The position numbers and the translations under genes are program-made. Positions 7,814 to 16,520 of a stretch of DNA of 38,867 nucleotides are shown in pieces. Under the pieces are notes generated by a model. The model did no database searches, had not been told where the DNA came from, and worked only from the letters and a program-made list of their open reading frames with translations. The DNA is taken from contig CAZGMV010000001.1 of the NCBI GenBank assembly GCA_964526875.1, forward strand, positions 1 through 38,867, read 5' to 3'. Source of the stretch: Candidatus Woesearchaeota archaeon (lineage in GTDB: Archaea; Nanobdellota; Nanobdellia; CAZGMV01). The stretch's first letter is position 1. Each line of letters starts with the position of its first letter.

Positions 7814-8287
7814 ATGGTTAAAAGGATAATTTATTACCCTATATGGAACGAATTCCAAAACAGAGAAAACTTTATTCAATCATCAACGCAGGCGTTGGAT
7901 ATAACATCATTAGATTCAATTAGAATAACCAAGAACGACTTAAAATTCATTAAACCGGTTTATTCATTTGACGATTTTAGGGTTAAAATTTTAGTTAAAA
8001 TAATTGAGAGATATATTGATAAATTTGAAAAAGATGATAGAGAATTTATTTGGAATTTAGAAGATTTTATTAATGATTTAAATAAACTAAATGAAGAGTG
8101 CGACATCTTTTGGGTTAAAGGATTTTATGAACATTACAACAAAATAGAGCAATTGTTCAAAAAATATAACTATGACACTAAAATCCTTAAAAAAATTTAT
8201 AATGATTACAAAAACTATTATGAAAGATTAAAAAAAACGAATTTTAAACCAGTGGTTGTTAAAGTTAAGTCCTTTAATTTAAAATGA
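7814..8287 (+). CDS. Hypothetical protein, cassette partner of the AbiEii-like gene
   Basis: 157-aa ORF with no recognisable domain. Its stop codon TGA (8285-8287) lies inside direct repeat copy 2. Confidence 0.4.
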   Translation: MVKRIIYYPIWNEFQNRENFIQSSTQALDITSLDSIRITKNDLKFIKPVYSFDDFRVKILVKIIERYIDKFEKDDREFIWNLEDFINDLNKLNEECDIFWVKGFYEHYNKIEQLFKKYNYDTKILKKIYNDYKNYYERLKKTNFKPVVVKVKSFNLK

Positions 8288-8312
8288 TGATAAAGGGATA
8301 ACTGCTGATTTT
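8281..8312 (+). repeat. Direct repeat copy 2 (half C/D unit: C box, 14 nt, D box)
   Basis: AAAATGATGATAAAGGGATAACTGCTGATTTT. No upstream C/D' half is present, so it looks like a displaced partial copy. Confidence 0.85.
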
Positions 8313-8455
8313 AAACGGCAAAAAACAAACCTTTTAGTACAAATAACAGCTGTGAAGAATCAAAATCCATGCTACCTGACAACATAGAAAAGATTTTAAG
8401 AGGTTATTCTGTTTAGAGAATAAATATTTATTAACTAGTCTTAATAAGGAAAAAA

Positions 8456-9241
8456 ATGGCTAGAAAATTAAAAAAATATTTAACTAAATTAGGTTATTTT
8501 AGTTTGGTTAGTTCTTATTTTGGAGGTATGGGTGTTTTAGGTTTAATTTCCTTGCCAGAAGTATTAAAAGATTATAAAGAAAAATCTAAAAAAATAATAG
8601 TAGGAGGTTATTTAGCTTTGTTAAGCTTTTCTACTACTTTATATGGTATGGTTAACACTATAAAAGGAAATACTTATTATGAACGTGTTGGAAAAATCGT
8701 AGATCAAATAATTAAAAAAGCTGAAAAAAAGGAAAAGGAGCTAGAAAACAAGTTATTATTGTATGCAAATAAAAAAGATAAAAATAATGAAGATGTTGTA
8801 ATATTTACTATTAAGAAAAAAATTGATGACGGGTTTTTCAGTTATGAGAAGATGTATAAGGTAATTGTGGAACCATTACCTTTTTATCAACCTTTAAGGG
8901 AAAATTTTGAAAAGTTTAAAGGAAATATTAAAGAAAAAGACGCACGAGCTATGAAATATTTCTATTCTTTACCACTCGTGAATTTGGTTGTTATTGCAGA
9001 TGATTTGTGGAATAGAAAATTTGGAAATTATAAAAAAGAAAAAGAAGAGTTAGAAAAAATGTATGAAGATTGGTTAAAAAAACAAGAAAATACATTTGAA
9101 GAATTGATAAAAAGAAAAGATGAGAACATTTATCATGTTATCTTAGAAGATAAATATGGATATCAACAAGATTCATTTTATACAATGGCTAAAAGTAAAG
9201 AAGACGCTAAGAAAAAAATTAAAGAATTATACAACATCTAA
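8456..9241 (+). CDS. Hypothetical membrane-anchored protein
   Basis: Two N-terminal hydrophobic helices followed by a K/E-rich soluble region. No domain recognised. Confidence 0.4.
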   Translation: MARKLKKYLTKLGYFSLVSSYFGGMGVLGLISLPEVLKDYKEKSKKIIVGGYLALLSFSTTLYGMVNTIKGNTYYERVGKIVDQIIKKAEKKEKELENKLLLYANKKDKNNEDVVIFTIKKKIDDGFFSYEKMYKVIVEPLPFYQPLRENFEKFKGNIKEKDARAMKYFYSLPLVNLVVIADDLWNRKFGNYKKEKEELEKMYEDWLKKQENTFEELIKRKDENIYHVILEDKYGYQQDSFYTMAKSKEDAKKKIKELYNI

Positions 9242-9801
9242 ATTTTTCTTTTTTTGCCTTTCTTTCTATTTAAAACTCTCTTAAATTCCTCACAACCACA
9301 TCTTGGGCATTGAGTTAATGTACTTTCATACACTAACAAACACCTCAAACACTTCTTCCAATACTTTCTTTTTTCCTTTATTCCTTCATAAGCAATAGGT
9401 ATTATTTCTAAATCCAATTCTTTAGCCAGATTTTGCATTCCATAATCATCAGTTGCAATTTTTATTTTTAAATCAACATCTTTATCTTCAAATCTTCTTT
9501 TCAACGTTTCTGCTAATGCCAAAATTTTTAAGTCAGTTTTTGACAAATTCTCTCCAAATTTTTCACATAATTTTTTAACAAACTTAAAAGAATTTTCACT
9601 TGGTTTATCGACGAAATATTCTAAAGAAGCCAATTTAAACAAAGTTTCATAGTCTTTAATTTCATTAATAACTTCAGGAACTGTCCACAACTCACCAAAT
9701 TGGGTTAAATAAGGAAGTTGGCCATGAATCAAAGAAGAAGTATCAAAAATAACAATTTCTTTTTTTTCTCTGTTCTTTTCAATTCCTTTAATTCTTTTCA
9801 C
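9238..9801 (-). CDS. nob1: PIN-domain endonuclease with C-terminal zinc ribbon (Nob1-like)
   Basis: PIN acidic motifs (VIFDTSSLI, TVPEVINEI, ATDDYGMQN) plus CLRC...CPRCG. GTG start at 9801. Confidence 0.65.
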   Translation of the reverse strand: MKRIKGIEKNREKKEIVIFDTSSLIHGQLPYLTQFGELWTVPEVINEIKDYETLFKLASLEYFVDKPSENSFKFVKKLCEKFGENLSKTDLKILALAETLKRRFEDKDVDLKIKIATDDYGMQNLAKELDLEIIPIAYEGIKEKRKYWKKCLRCLLVYESTLTQCPRCGCEEFKRVLNRKKGKKRKI

Positions 9802-9821
9802 AAAAGAATTTTTTTCAAATT

Positions 9822-9829
9822 TTTATAAA
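9822..9829. promoter_or_regulatory. Shared palindromic TATA box TTTATAAA for 9801(-) and 9851(+)
   Basis: The centre is 24.5 and 25.5 nt from the two start codons in a 49-nt spacer. Confidence 0.55.
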
Positions 9830-9850
9830 TCTTTCCAATTTTTTTGGCAA

Positions 9851-10759
9851 ATGGATAAATTAACTTATTCAATTATTTTTGGTTTAATTAGCTCATTCTT
9901 ATTTCCTTTAACAAACATATTAGACAAAAAAGGAATAAAGCATTTTAATTCTCTTTTATTTGCTATAATTAAAAGTTGTTCCAATGTTCTTCTTTTGTTT
10001 TCTATTACTTGTTTTATATTAAATGCAAACTTCTCCTTAATTTTTAAAATTCTAAAAAAGAACCTTATTCTTGTCTTCTTAGGCATAATGACTTTTTCTT
10101 TGTCATATTTATCTTTTTTGGAATTAATTAAATCAAAGTACTTAATTAAAATTGAAGCCCTTTTATCTTTCTTTTCTTTGGTAATATCAATTTTTATTGG
10201 AATTTTGTTTTTCAATGACAAGCTAACATTTTTAATTTTATTTTCGTTAATTTTGACTATCTTTGGAATTAGCTTAATTAACAACTTAGATTTTAAAATA
10301 GTTAAAATTCTAAGTAAAAAAGAGTGGTTTTTGTTTTTAATAATGCTTGTTGGCTTTAATTACCATCCTCTTTACACAACCTATTTCTCTAAAAAATTAA
10401 ACAGCCCTATTTTAGGTGTTTTCATAGGAGAAGGAACAACTTTTATTTCTAATTTAATAATCCTATCCATTTTCATTTTTAAAAAGAAAATTAATGGAAA
10501 TGTGAAAAACATCAACTTTTATAAATTAAAATACCCACTTCTTTCGTCTTTTTTCTTAGTAATTGCTTTTATTTCTTTATTCACTGGGACAACTAAGGGA
10601 TTTTACTCAATCACATCTGTATTGTCCTATTTATCTCTTTTATGGCTTTCTTTATTCGCACATCTATTCTTAAAAGAAAAATTAAGTTTAAAACAGTATC
10701 TTGGAGTTTTATGTTTGGTTATTAGCTTGATATTAATAAAAATATTAAATTTAAACTAG
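9851..10759 (+). CDS. EamA/DMT-family transporter
   Basis: About 10 hydrophobic helices in two similar halves, and a length of 302 aa. Confidence 0.6.
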   Translation: MDKLTYSIIFGLISSFLFPLTNILDKKGIKHFNSLLFAIIKSCSNVLLLFSITCFILNANFSLIFKILKKNLILVFLGIMTFSLSYLSFLELIKSKYLIKIEALLSFFSLVISIFIGILFFNDKLTFLILFSLILTIFGISLINNLDFKIVKILSKKEWFLFLIMLVGFNYHPLYTTYFSKKLNSPILGVFIGEGTTFISNLIILSIFIFKKKINGNVKNINFYKLKYPLLSSFFLVIAFISLFTGTTKGFYSITSVLSYLSLLWLSLFAHLFLKEKLSLKQYLGVLCLVISLILIKILNLN

Positions 10760-11977
10760 TTCACCATAACCAATTAACCTCCACCTATTTCCTTTTCTTC
10801 TTGAAATTGCTAATTTATCACCTTTCTCCCCAACAATAGGATATTTAAGCTTTAAGGTTATTTTGTTATCCTTAATATTAGTTATATAACCAACAGTAGG
10901 GATGTTATTTATATGTATTAATAGAATTTCGCCCTTTTGTAGAGGTTGTGTAATTAATTCATCTTTTTTATTAACCAATCTTTTCAATAAATGATATTCA
11001 AAAGTAATGTCCATTTTAGTTTCAGGCAATTTTCCAGGTAAACCAATTACATTTCCTAACAATCCATCAGATTTTGTTATTGAAGGATCTAAAGTAGTTG
11101 ATAAAGCCACACTACCTCCAGGTGTAGCTTCTTTAATTCTTTTTTCCCCTGAATAAATAGCAGTTACTTTAGTCACAATAGGTTCCCAAACAATTTGTCC
11201 TTTTTTCAATTCTTTTTTTAAACCAGGCCTTATTTCAATTAAGTCTCCTTCTTTTATTACTCCCTGCTTTAAAGCCCCTCCTATAACACCTCCAACCAAA
11301 TTTTCAATAGAAGTTCCTGGTTTATTAACATCAAAAGTTCTTGCAATGTAAAAAATAGGGTTCTTAGTTAAATCTCTTTTAGGAGTTGGAAAAAATTCTT
11401 GAATAGCTTCTAAAAGCAAATCAATATTTATTTTTTGTTGTGCTGAGACAGGAATTATAGGAGCATTTTCAGCAATAGTTCCTTTAACGAATTCCTTTAT
11501 TTCCTTATAGTTTTCTAAAGCTCTTTCTTTGCTAACTAAGTCAATTTTATTTTGGACAATAATGATGTTCTTTAAACCCATAGCTTCTAAAGCCATCAAA
11601 TGTTCTTCTGTTTGTGGTTGTGGGCATTTTTCATTAGCAGCAATAACTAAAATAGCAGCATCCATAATAGTAGCTCCTGAAAGCATGGTAGCCATTAGAG
11701 CCTCATGCCCAGGAGCGTCTACTATTGACACAACTCTAACCAATTCAGTTGATTCTCCATTTGGACCAAGTTTTGAAGTAGTATATTTAATTTCTCCTGT
11801 TTCTTTATCTTTATATTTTCTAATTTCAACATTTGCATAACCTAATTTAATAGTAATACCTCTTTTTAATTCCTCTGAGTAAGTATCTGTCCATTTTCCT
11901 GACAAAGCATGTGTCAAAGTGGTTTTTCCATGATCTATATGACCAACCATTCCTATATTCAATTCTGGTTTTACCAT
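10751..11977 (-). CDS. eif2g: Translation initiation factor aIF2 gamma subunit
   Basis: NIGMVGHIDHGKTTL P-loop, DAPGHE, NKIDL, and three-domain EF-Tu-like length (408 aa). Confidence 0.95.
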   Translation of the reverse strand: MVKPELNIGMVGHIDHGKTTLTHALSGKWTDTYSEELKRGITIKLGYANVEIRKYKDKETGEIKYTTSKLGPNGESTELVRVVSIVDAPGHEALMATMLSGATIMDAAILVIAANEKCPQPQTEEHLMALEAMGLKNIIIVQNKIDLVSKERALENYKEIKEFVKGTIAENAPIIPVSAQQKINIDLLLEAIQEFFPTPKRDLTKNPIFYIARTFDVNKPGTSIENLVGGVIGGALKQGVIKEGDLIEIRPGLKKELKKGQIVWEPIVTKVTAIYSGEKRIKEATPGGSVALSTTLDPSITKSDGLLGNVIGLPGKLPETKMDITFEYHLLKRLVNKKDELITQPLQKGEILLIHINNIPTVGYITNIKDNKITLKLKYPIVGEKGDKLAISRRKGNRWRLIGYGELV

Positions 11978-12023
11978 TTAAAAAGAAATTGAAAAAATTT
12001 TATAAAAGGATAATTAAATTTTA

Positions 12024-12866
12024 TTGAAAATGGACAGATTAAGATTTGGTCCTGCAGGCATTCCTTTATCCGCTAAAAAGAGCGATATAATTGAAGGGCT
12101 AAAAGTAACTCATGAACTAAATCTAGATGCCTTTGAACTTGAATTTGTTAGAGGTATTAACTTTAAAAAAGAAAATATTCCTAAAGTTAAAGAAATTGCT
12201 AAAGATTTTGATATTGTCTTAACTGCTCATGCTCCTTATTTCATTAATTTAAATGCCAAAGAAGAAGAAAAGATCAAAAAGAGTATTGAAAGAATAATTA
12301 AAACTGCTGAGTTATTAGATAAACTTGATGGTTATTCAGTAATTTTCCACCCTGGATATTACTTAAAACAAGATCCAAAAAAGGTTTTTGAAAATATTAA
12401 AGAAAAATTAAAAATTATTGAAAAAGAAGTTATAGACAAAGGACTAAAAGTTGATATTAGGCCGGAGTTAATGGGAAAAAGAAGTTCTTTTGGTTCTTTA
12501 GAAGAGATAGTTGAAATTTGTGTTGGATTTGAAAAAATAAAACCTGGAATAGACTTTGCCCACTTACATGCAAGAACTAAAGCATTCAATACAAAAGAAG
12601 AATTTGTTAAAGTATTAGAATTAATTGAAGAAAAACTGGGAAAAGAACATTTAAAAGATATGCACATCCACATTTCTGGAATTGAATATGATGATAAAGG
12701 AGAAAAACAACATCTACCTTTAGAAAATAGTGACTTAAACTGGAAAAATTTAATTAAAGTTTTGAAAGAGTACAAGGTTAAAGGAGTTGTTATTTCAGAA
12801 AGTCCTTTGTTAGAAAAAGACGCTATAAAAATGAAAGATTTTTACTTAAAAGAAAGATTTAAATAA
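12024..12866 (+). CDS. AP endonuclease family 2 / endonuclease IV-like TIM-barrel protein
   Basis: RFGPAGIPLS start, HAPYFINL, FHPG, DFAHLHAR and HIHISGIEY metal-ligand-like motifs. TTG at 12024, with an alternative ATG at 12030. Confidence 0.55.
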   Translation: MKMDRLRFGPAGIPLSAKKSDIIEGLKVTHELNLDAFELEFVRGINFKKENIPKVKEIAKDFDIVLTAHAPYFINLNAKEEEKIKKSIERIIKTAELLDKLDGYSVIFHPGYYLKQDPKKVFENIKEKLKIIEKEVIDKGLKVDIRPELMGKRSSFGSLEEIVEICVGFEKIKPGIDFAHLHARTKAFNTKEEFVKVLELIEEKLGKEHLKDMHIHISGIEYDDKGEKQHLPLENSDLNWKNLIKVLKEYKVKGVVISESPLLEKDAIKMKDFYLKERFK

Positions 12867-13066
12867 CTAGTTAAATAATTAATCCCTAAAATCGCTGAAA
12901 AGCAACTATTCTTTTGTTTCTAAAGAATCTACTTTCTTTACTTTCTATGAATCAACAATAAAAAGACTAAATAAATAGCATAAAAAATTTGTAATTCTTG
13001 AATTCGTTAACACTGGCAAGTTTATACTAAAATTCAAGATGTTATAGTTTAAAAACTTGAATAATT

Positions 13067-13510
13067 ATGTCAAAGACTAAAACACAATTATTCAAAAGAA
13101 AAAATAAAAAAATTAAAAAAGCTCAAGTTGAAAGTATTGAAGTAATTTTACTTTTAGCTATGGGTTTAATGATTATTTATTACATCTACTCTTTTACACA
13201 AGGTACAAAAACACAATATGAAAGAACTTTTTACTTTTATAGCCAATATATAATCAGCGAAGATATTTTAAATACTTATGAAAGTTTATGGCTTTTAAAA
13301 AATCAAATAAAAGCTAAAAATTTAACTTACAACATCTACCTTCCAAAAAGACTATTTGGAACTACTTATTATATAAGAAATAAGACAATACAAGACACTA
13401 ATTTTCTAATATTCTACTTACCAGGAAGCCCTTATTTTTTTAGGATTGATTACGGGTTAAATAAAAGTTTTAGTTACTTGTCTGGAGAAAACAAAGATTT
13501 TATCAACTAA
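13067..13510 (+). CDS. Pilin-like protein (class III signal peptide), hypothetical
   Basis: The N-terminus KRKNKKIKKAQVESIEVILLLAMGLMIIYYIY has a basic n-region, a small residue, then a hydrophobic helix. Confidence 0.4.
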   Translation: MSKTKTQLFKRKNKKIKKAQVESIEVILLLAMGLMIIYYIYSFTQGTKTQYERTFYFYSQYIISEDILNTYESLWLLKNQIKAKNLTYNIYLPKRLFGTTYYIRNKTIQDTNFLIFYLPGSPYFFRIDYGLNKSFSYLSGENKDFIN

Positions 13511-13554
13511 AAAGTAAAAGCAATAATTTATTAATTTAAAGTTCAAAAAAAAAT

Positions 13555-13881
13555 GTGAAGAAATTAGTTTTGTTTACAAAAAAAGAATTTAAAGTCTTAA
13601 ATGAAGACGATCTAGAGCAAATACATAGGACAATTAAAGATTTGTACTCTTCCAATTTAACAGATGAAATTTTGATTGTTGATGAAAAAGAAGTTAGATT
13701 ATCTAACATAGATTTAGAATTTTTTAACCAAGCTTTTAAAGAATTAAATGATGTCAAGTACTCTTTAAAAAAATTAAACAAAGATGTTTTTGAATTAAAG
13801 GAAATTGTTTCTAAGTTGATTGATGGTATAAGAAATATTCAAGCAAAAATTTTTGAAGAAGAAATTAAAAAAAATAAGTGA
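13555..13881 (+). CDS. Hypothetical coiled-coil protein
   Basis: 108-aa ORF with a GTG start and heptad-like K/E/L composition. Confidence 0.3.
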   Translation: MKKLVLFTKKEFKVLNEDDLEQIHRTIKDLYSSNLTDEILIVDEKEVRLSNIDLEFFNQAFKELNDVKYSLKKLNKDVFELKEIVSKLIDGIRNIQAKIFEEEIKKNK

Positions 13882-13980
13882 ATTTACATTTACAACGATG
13901 AGAAAAAGAAAATTAAGGATCTACTAATTAAGCTGTTGATTGCAAAATAGAATTTATAAATATTTAATTAACATATTCAA

Positions 13981-14874
13981 ATGATTAAAATTTTAAATAA
14001 ACCATTATTTTTCTTTTTGTTAGTTATTTATTTAGCTTCTATTTTCTTTTATTTTTTTCGATATAAAAAAATTTTAAAAAAAAACAGAAAACTTTTATTG
14101 AAATTTGAGAAAAAGAAATTATTAATTTCTTTAATTTTAGAGCTTATTTATATAACTTCAATTTTTTTAATAGCTTTAAGTTTTGTTGGTATTTATTTAC
14201 CGTTGGGAATTAAAAAAGACAAAGTTTATTTATTCTTGATAGATACAAGCGGTTCTATGCAAGCTAATGATTTTAAACCTTCTAGATTGGAAGTTGCTAA
14301 AGATATAACTAAAGAGTTCATTGAAAAAAACAAAGGTTATTTTGGGATTGTTGCTTTTAGCGATTATCCTTTATTAGTCCAATACCCTACTAAAAACAAA
14401 GAAGAAATTTTTGAAAAACTAAAAACATTACAAGCCCAAGGAGGAACAGATTTAGGAGACACTTTAAAAACAGCTTATTCCATTTTAGATAATTTTGTAG
14501 GTTATGATAAATACATCATATTATTAAGTGATGGAAAGCCAACACAAGGAGAAAACCCATTAAAAGTTGTTAGAAAAGACATTCCTATTTTCACTGTAGC
14601 ACTAGGAAGTAATAATATGATTTTAGGTTATGATCCTTTTGGAAGACCTTTAATTGCAGAAGTGGATAAAGAACTACTAAAAAAACTAGCTGAAATTAGT
14701 AATGGAAAGTTTTTTGAAGCAACACAAACAGAAGAATTGATTAGAGCTTATGAGGAAATATCAAAAATAAGTAATCAAAAAGAATTAAATAACATATCTC
14801 CTTATTTAATAAAAATCTCTTTTGTTTTACTTCTATTAAGCTTTTTAGCGAAAATTTACCTAACTTTGGTTTAA
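13981..14874 (+). CDS. Membrane-anchored von Willebrand factor A domain protein (BatA-like)
   Basis: MIDAS DTSGSM, plus GGTDLG and LLSDG. N-terminal transmembrane helices and one C-terminal transmembrane helix. Confidence 0.7.
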   Translation: MIKILNKPLFFFLLVIYLASIFFYFFRYKKILKKNRKLLLKFEKKKLLISLILELIYITSIFLIALSFVGIYLPLGIKKDKVYLFLIDTSGSMQANDFKPSRLEVAKDITKEFIEKNKGYFGIVAFSDYPLLVQYPTKNKEEIFEKLKTLQAQGGTDLGDTLKTAYSILDNFVGYDKYIILLSDGKPTQGENPLKVVRKDIPIFTVALGSNNMILGYDPFGRPLIAEVDKELLKKLAEISNGKFFEATQTEELIRAYEEISKISNQKELNNISPYLIKISFVLLLLSFLAKIYLTLV

Positions 14875-16151
14875 TTTTTGATTTTTATTTCTAAGTTCAT
14901 TTTAGAATTTAAATCTTCTAATTCTTTTTTAATTTCTTTAATAGCTTTATCAATATTCTTAATTTCCTTTCCAAAAGCTTTAACTCTTTCATTAATATAA
15001 TCAAAAACCCACAAGTCTTCATTGTGTTTGTTAACAAAATTAAATAAAAACCCCTTTTTTATGAATAAAGAAGGTCCTTTAAATTCTTTTAATTTGCTAT
15101 ACTTACTAGTTAAAATTAAAAATTTTCCTTTTAGAAAATCTTTATCAATCAAATAAGCGAAATCTAAAACTTCAAAATTATTTTCTATTAAACAATTAAC
15201 AATTTTCTCAACAGTTTTCAAAAATTTATTCCCTACAATATCTAAATTATTATATTTTTTACCTAATTCTGTTAAATCAGCATTAATTTCAACTAAACAA
15301 TAATTCCCTTTAATATTTTCCCTGTTTTTTTCCCAAAATTTTTTAATTTTTTCAATTTTTAATTCTTTCTCAAAATTAGGAGTTAATAAAAACTTTTTAG
15401 AATGAAAAATCAATTCTAAAACTTTTTCTTTACTTAAAGCCATCCCTAAATTTCTATTTCCTAAAACAGGATCAATAATGTTAAAAAAAGAATTTAATTT
15501 TCCTTGCTCTTTCAACAATTTCTTATTTTTATCATTTATTCCAATATTAATTGGCAATTTTTTAACTTCTGAGAAAAACTTTAAAGTATTTAAAAAATTT
15601 CCAAACTTAATAACTAAAACTTCACTTAAATAACCACTAAAACCCCGTATATAACTTTCAGCTCCATAAAGTTCCTTTTGTTTTAAAAAATACTTAAATA
15701 ACAAAATTTCGTCTCTTAAAAATGGTTTTTTTTCTAGTTCTTTTTTTACAAACTCTACATGAAATTTACTTATGTCTGTCGTATTTTTAGCCTCTTCTGG
15801 TTTTTTGATATCTAAAACAGGAACACACTCAAATAAAAAACCTTTGTAATGAATATGGTAATAATTCCTACTACCTTTAAGTATTTTTAAATTATCAAAA
15901 TGATTTTTTAGCCTTTTTTCAATTTCTTCCTGTTCTTTTTCATTTTTTAAAATCAAATAGACATCAATATCCTTGACATTAACTAAAAAAGTTTTTTTAG
16001 CAACACTACCTCCTAAATATGCTTTTATTCCTAAGTTATTTAATTCATTTAAAAAAGAACCACTAATCTCTTCGATTTTTTTAATCAAATCTTCTTTAGG
16101 CTTTATCTTATCAAGGACCTCTCTTAACAATTTTTTTAAATGATGATTCAT
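14871..16151 (-). CDS. cca: CCA-adding tRNA nucleotidyltransferase (archaeal class I)
   Basis: GGSVAKKTFL...DIDVY NTase motif, archaeal-type length (426 aa) and layout. Both tRNA genes in the window lack an encoded CCA. Confidence 0.8.
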   Translation of the reverse strand: MNHHLKKLLREVLDKIKPKEDLIKKIEEISGSFLNELNNLGIKAYLGGSVAKKTFLVNVKDIDVYLILKNEKEQEEIEKRLKNHFDNLKILKGSRNYYHIHYKGFLFECVPVLDIKKPEEAKNTTDISKFHVEFVKKELEKKPFLRDEILLFKYFLKQKELYGAESYIRGFSGYLSEVLVIKFGNFLNTLKFFSEVKKLPINIGINDKNKKLLKEQGKLNSFFNIIDPVLGNRNLGMALSKEKVLELIFHSKKFLLTPNFEKELKIEKIKKFWEKNRENIKGNYCLVEINADLTELGKKYNNLDIVGNKFLKTVEKIVNCLIENNFEVLDFAYLIDKDFLKGKFLILTSKYSKLKEFKGPSLFIKKGFLFNFVNKHNEDLWVFDYINERVKAFGKEIKNIDKAIKEIKKELEDLNSKMNLEIKIKN

Positions 16152-16159
16152 TTTTATTT

Positions 16160-16453
16160 TTAGATAACCAATCTATAATAATAAGCTTCCTTTGCTGTTG
16201 GGCTTTTCCTAATTATTTCTAGAACATCCCCTTTTTTAGCTCCACAAATTTTTACTAATGGGTCTTTCTCAAATATTTTTGGTAATTGCTCTTTTGACTT
16301 TAAGTTATATTTATTTAACAAATCTTTAACTTCTTCTTCATTTAAAACCCTAGCTTTAGGAACTAATTCATGTTCTTTAATTATTTCTAAAAAATTATCT
16401 TTTTCTTTTTTTCCATTATTTTTTTTAGAAGAACTTGTTTTTTTTCTAGGCAT
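16160..16453 (-). CDS. rpoH: DNA-directed RNA polymerase subunit H (Rpo5)
   Basis: [24 protein letters not shown]...LPKI...DPLVK...[22 protein letters not shown], with a K-rich N-terminal extension. Confidence 0.85.
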   Translation of the reverse strand: MPRKKTSSSKKNNGKKEKDNFLEIIKEHELVPKARVLNEEEVKDLLNKYNLKSKEQLPKIFEKDPLVKICGAKKGDVLEIIRKSPTAKEAYYYRLVI

Positions 16454-16473
16454 TTTCCAAATTTAAAAAAATT

Positions 16474-16481
16474 TTTATAAA
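16474..16481 (-). promoter_or_regulatory. TATA box TTTATAAA for rpoH
   Basis: The centre is 24.5 nt from the start codon at 16453. Confidence 0.5.
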
Positions 16482-16489
16482 GTTTTTAT

Positions 16490-16497
16490 TTTATAAA
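16490..16497 (+). promoter_or_regulatory. TATA box TTTATAAA for the DUF134 gene
   Basis: The centre is 27.5 nt from ATG 16521. It sits back-to-back with the rpoH TATA. Confidence 0.5.
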
Positions 16498-16520
16498 AAT
16501 TTTTCCACTTTTTTAACTAA

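Noticed and set aside
8352-8379. Possible second C/D-like unit (GTGAAGA ... CTGA) just downstream of direct repeat copy 2.
   Set aside because: The C-like box deviates from RUGAUGA, the spacer is 17 nt instead of about 12, and there are no paired C'/D' boxes. It is probably a chance match.
9865-10284. 139-aa ORF antisense to the EamA transporter gene.
   Set aside because: It lies entirely inside a better-supported gene on the other strand. Its K/I/F-rich low-complexity translation is typical of shadow frames in AT-rich DNA, and it has no promoter-like TTTATAAA at the expected distance.
11529-11840. 103-aa ORF antisense to aIF2-gamma.
   Set aside because: It is a shadow ORF within a highly conserved gene and has no recognisable motif. 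The same reasoning applies to the other antisense track ORFs: 866-1048, 1302-1523, 4942-5148, 6455-6694, 13536-13781, 17704-17907, 20315-20524, 24745-24939, 25405-25656, 26581-26769, 27093-27284, 28567-28794, 31443-31634, 32289-32489, 34633-34866, 34766-35014, 35675-35905, 36045-36302, 37291-37488, 38217-38399 and 38556-38750.
12685-12700. ATGATGATAAAGG inside the endonuclease IV-like gene, resembling the start of the 32-nt direct repeat.
   Set aside because: Only 13 nt match, no D box follows at the right distance, and it sits in frame within coding sequence (YDDKG). It is a coincidence.
12359-12775. 138-aa ORF antisense to the endonuclease IV-like gene.
   Set aside because: It is a shadow frame rich in S/F/I. 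The sense-strand protein has ordered metal-ligand motifs, so that strand is the coding one.
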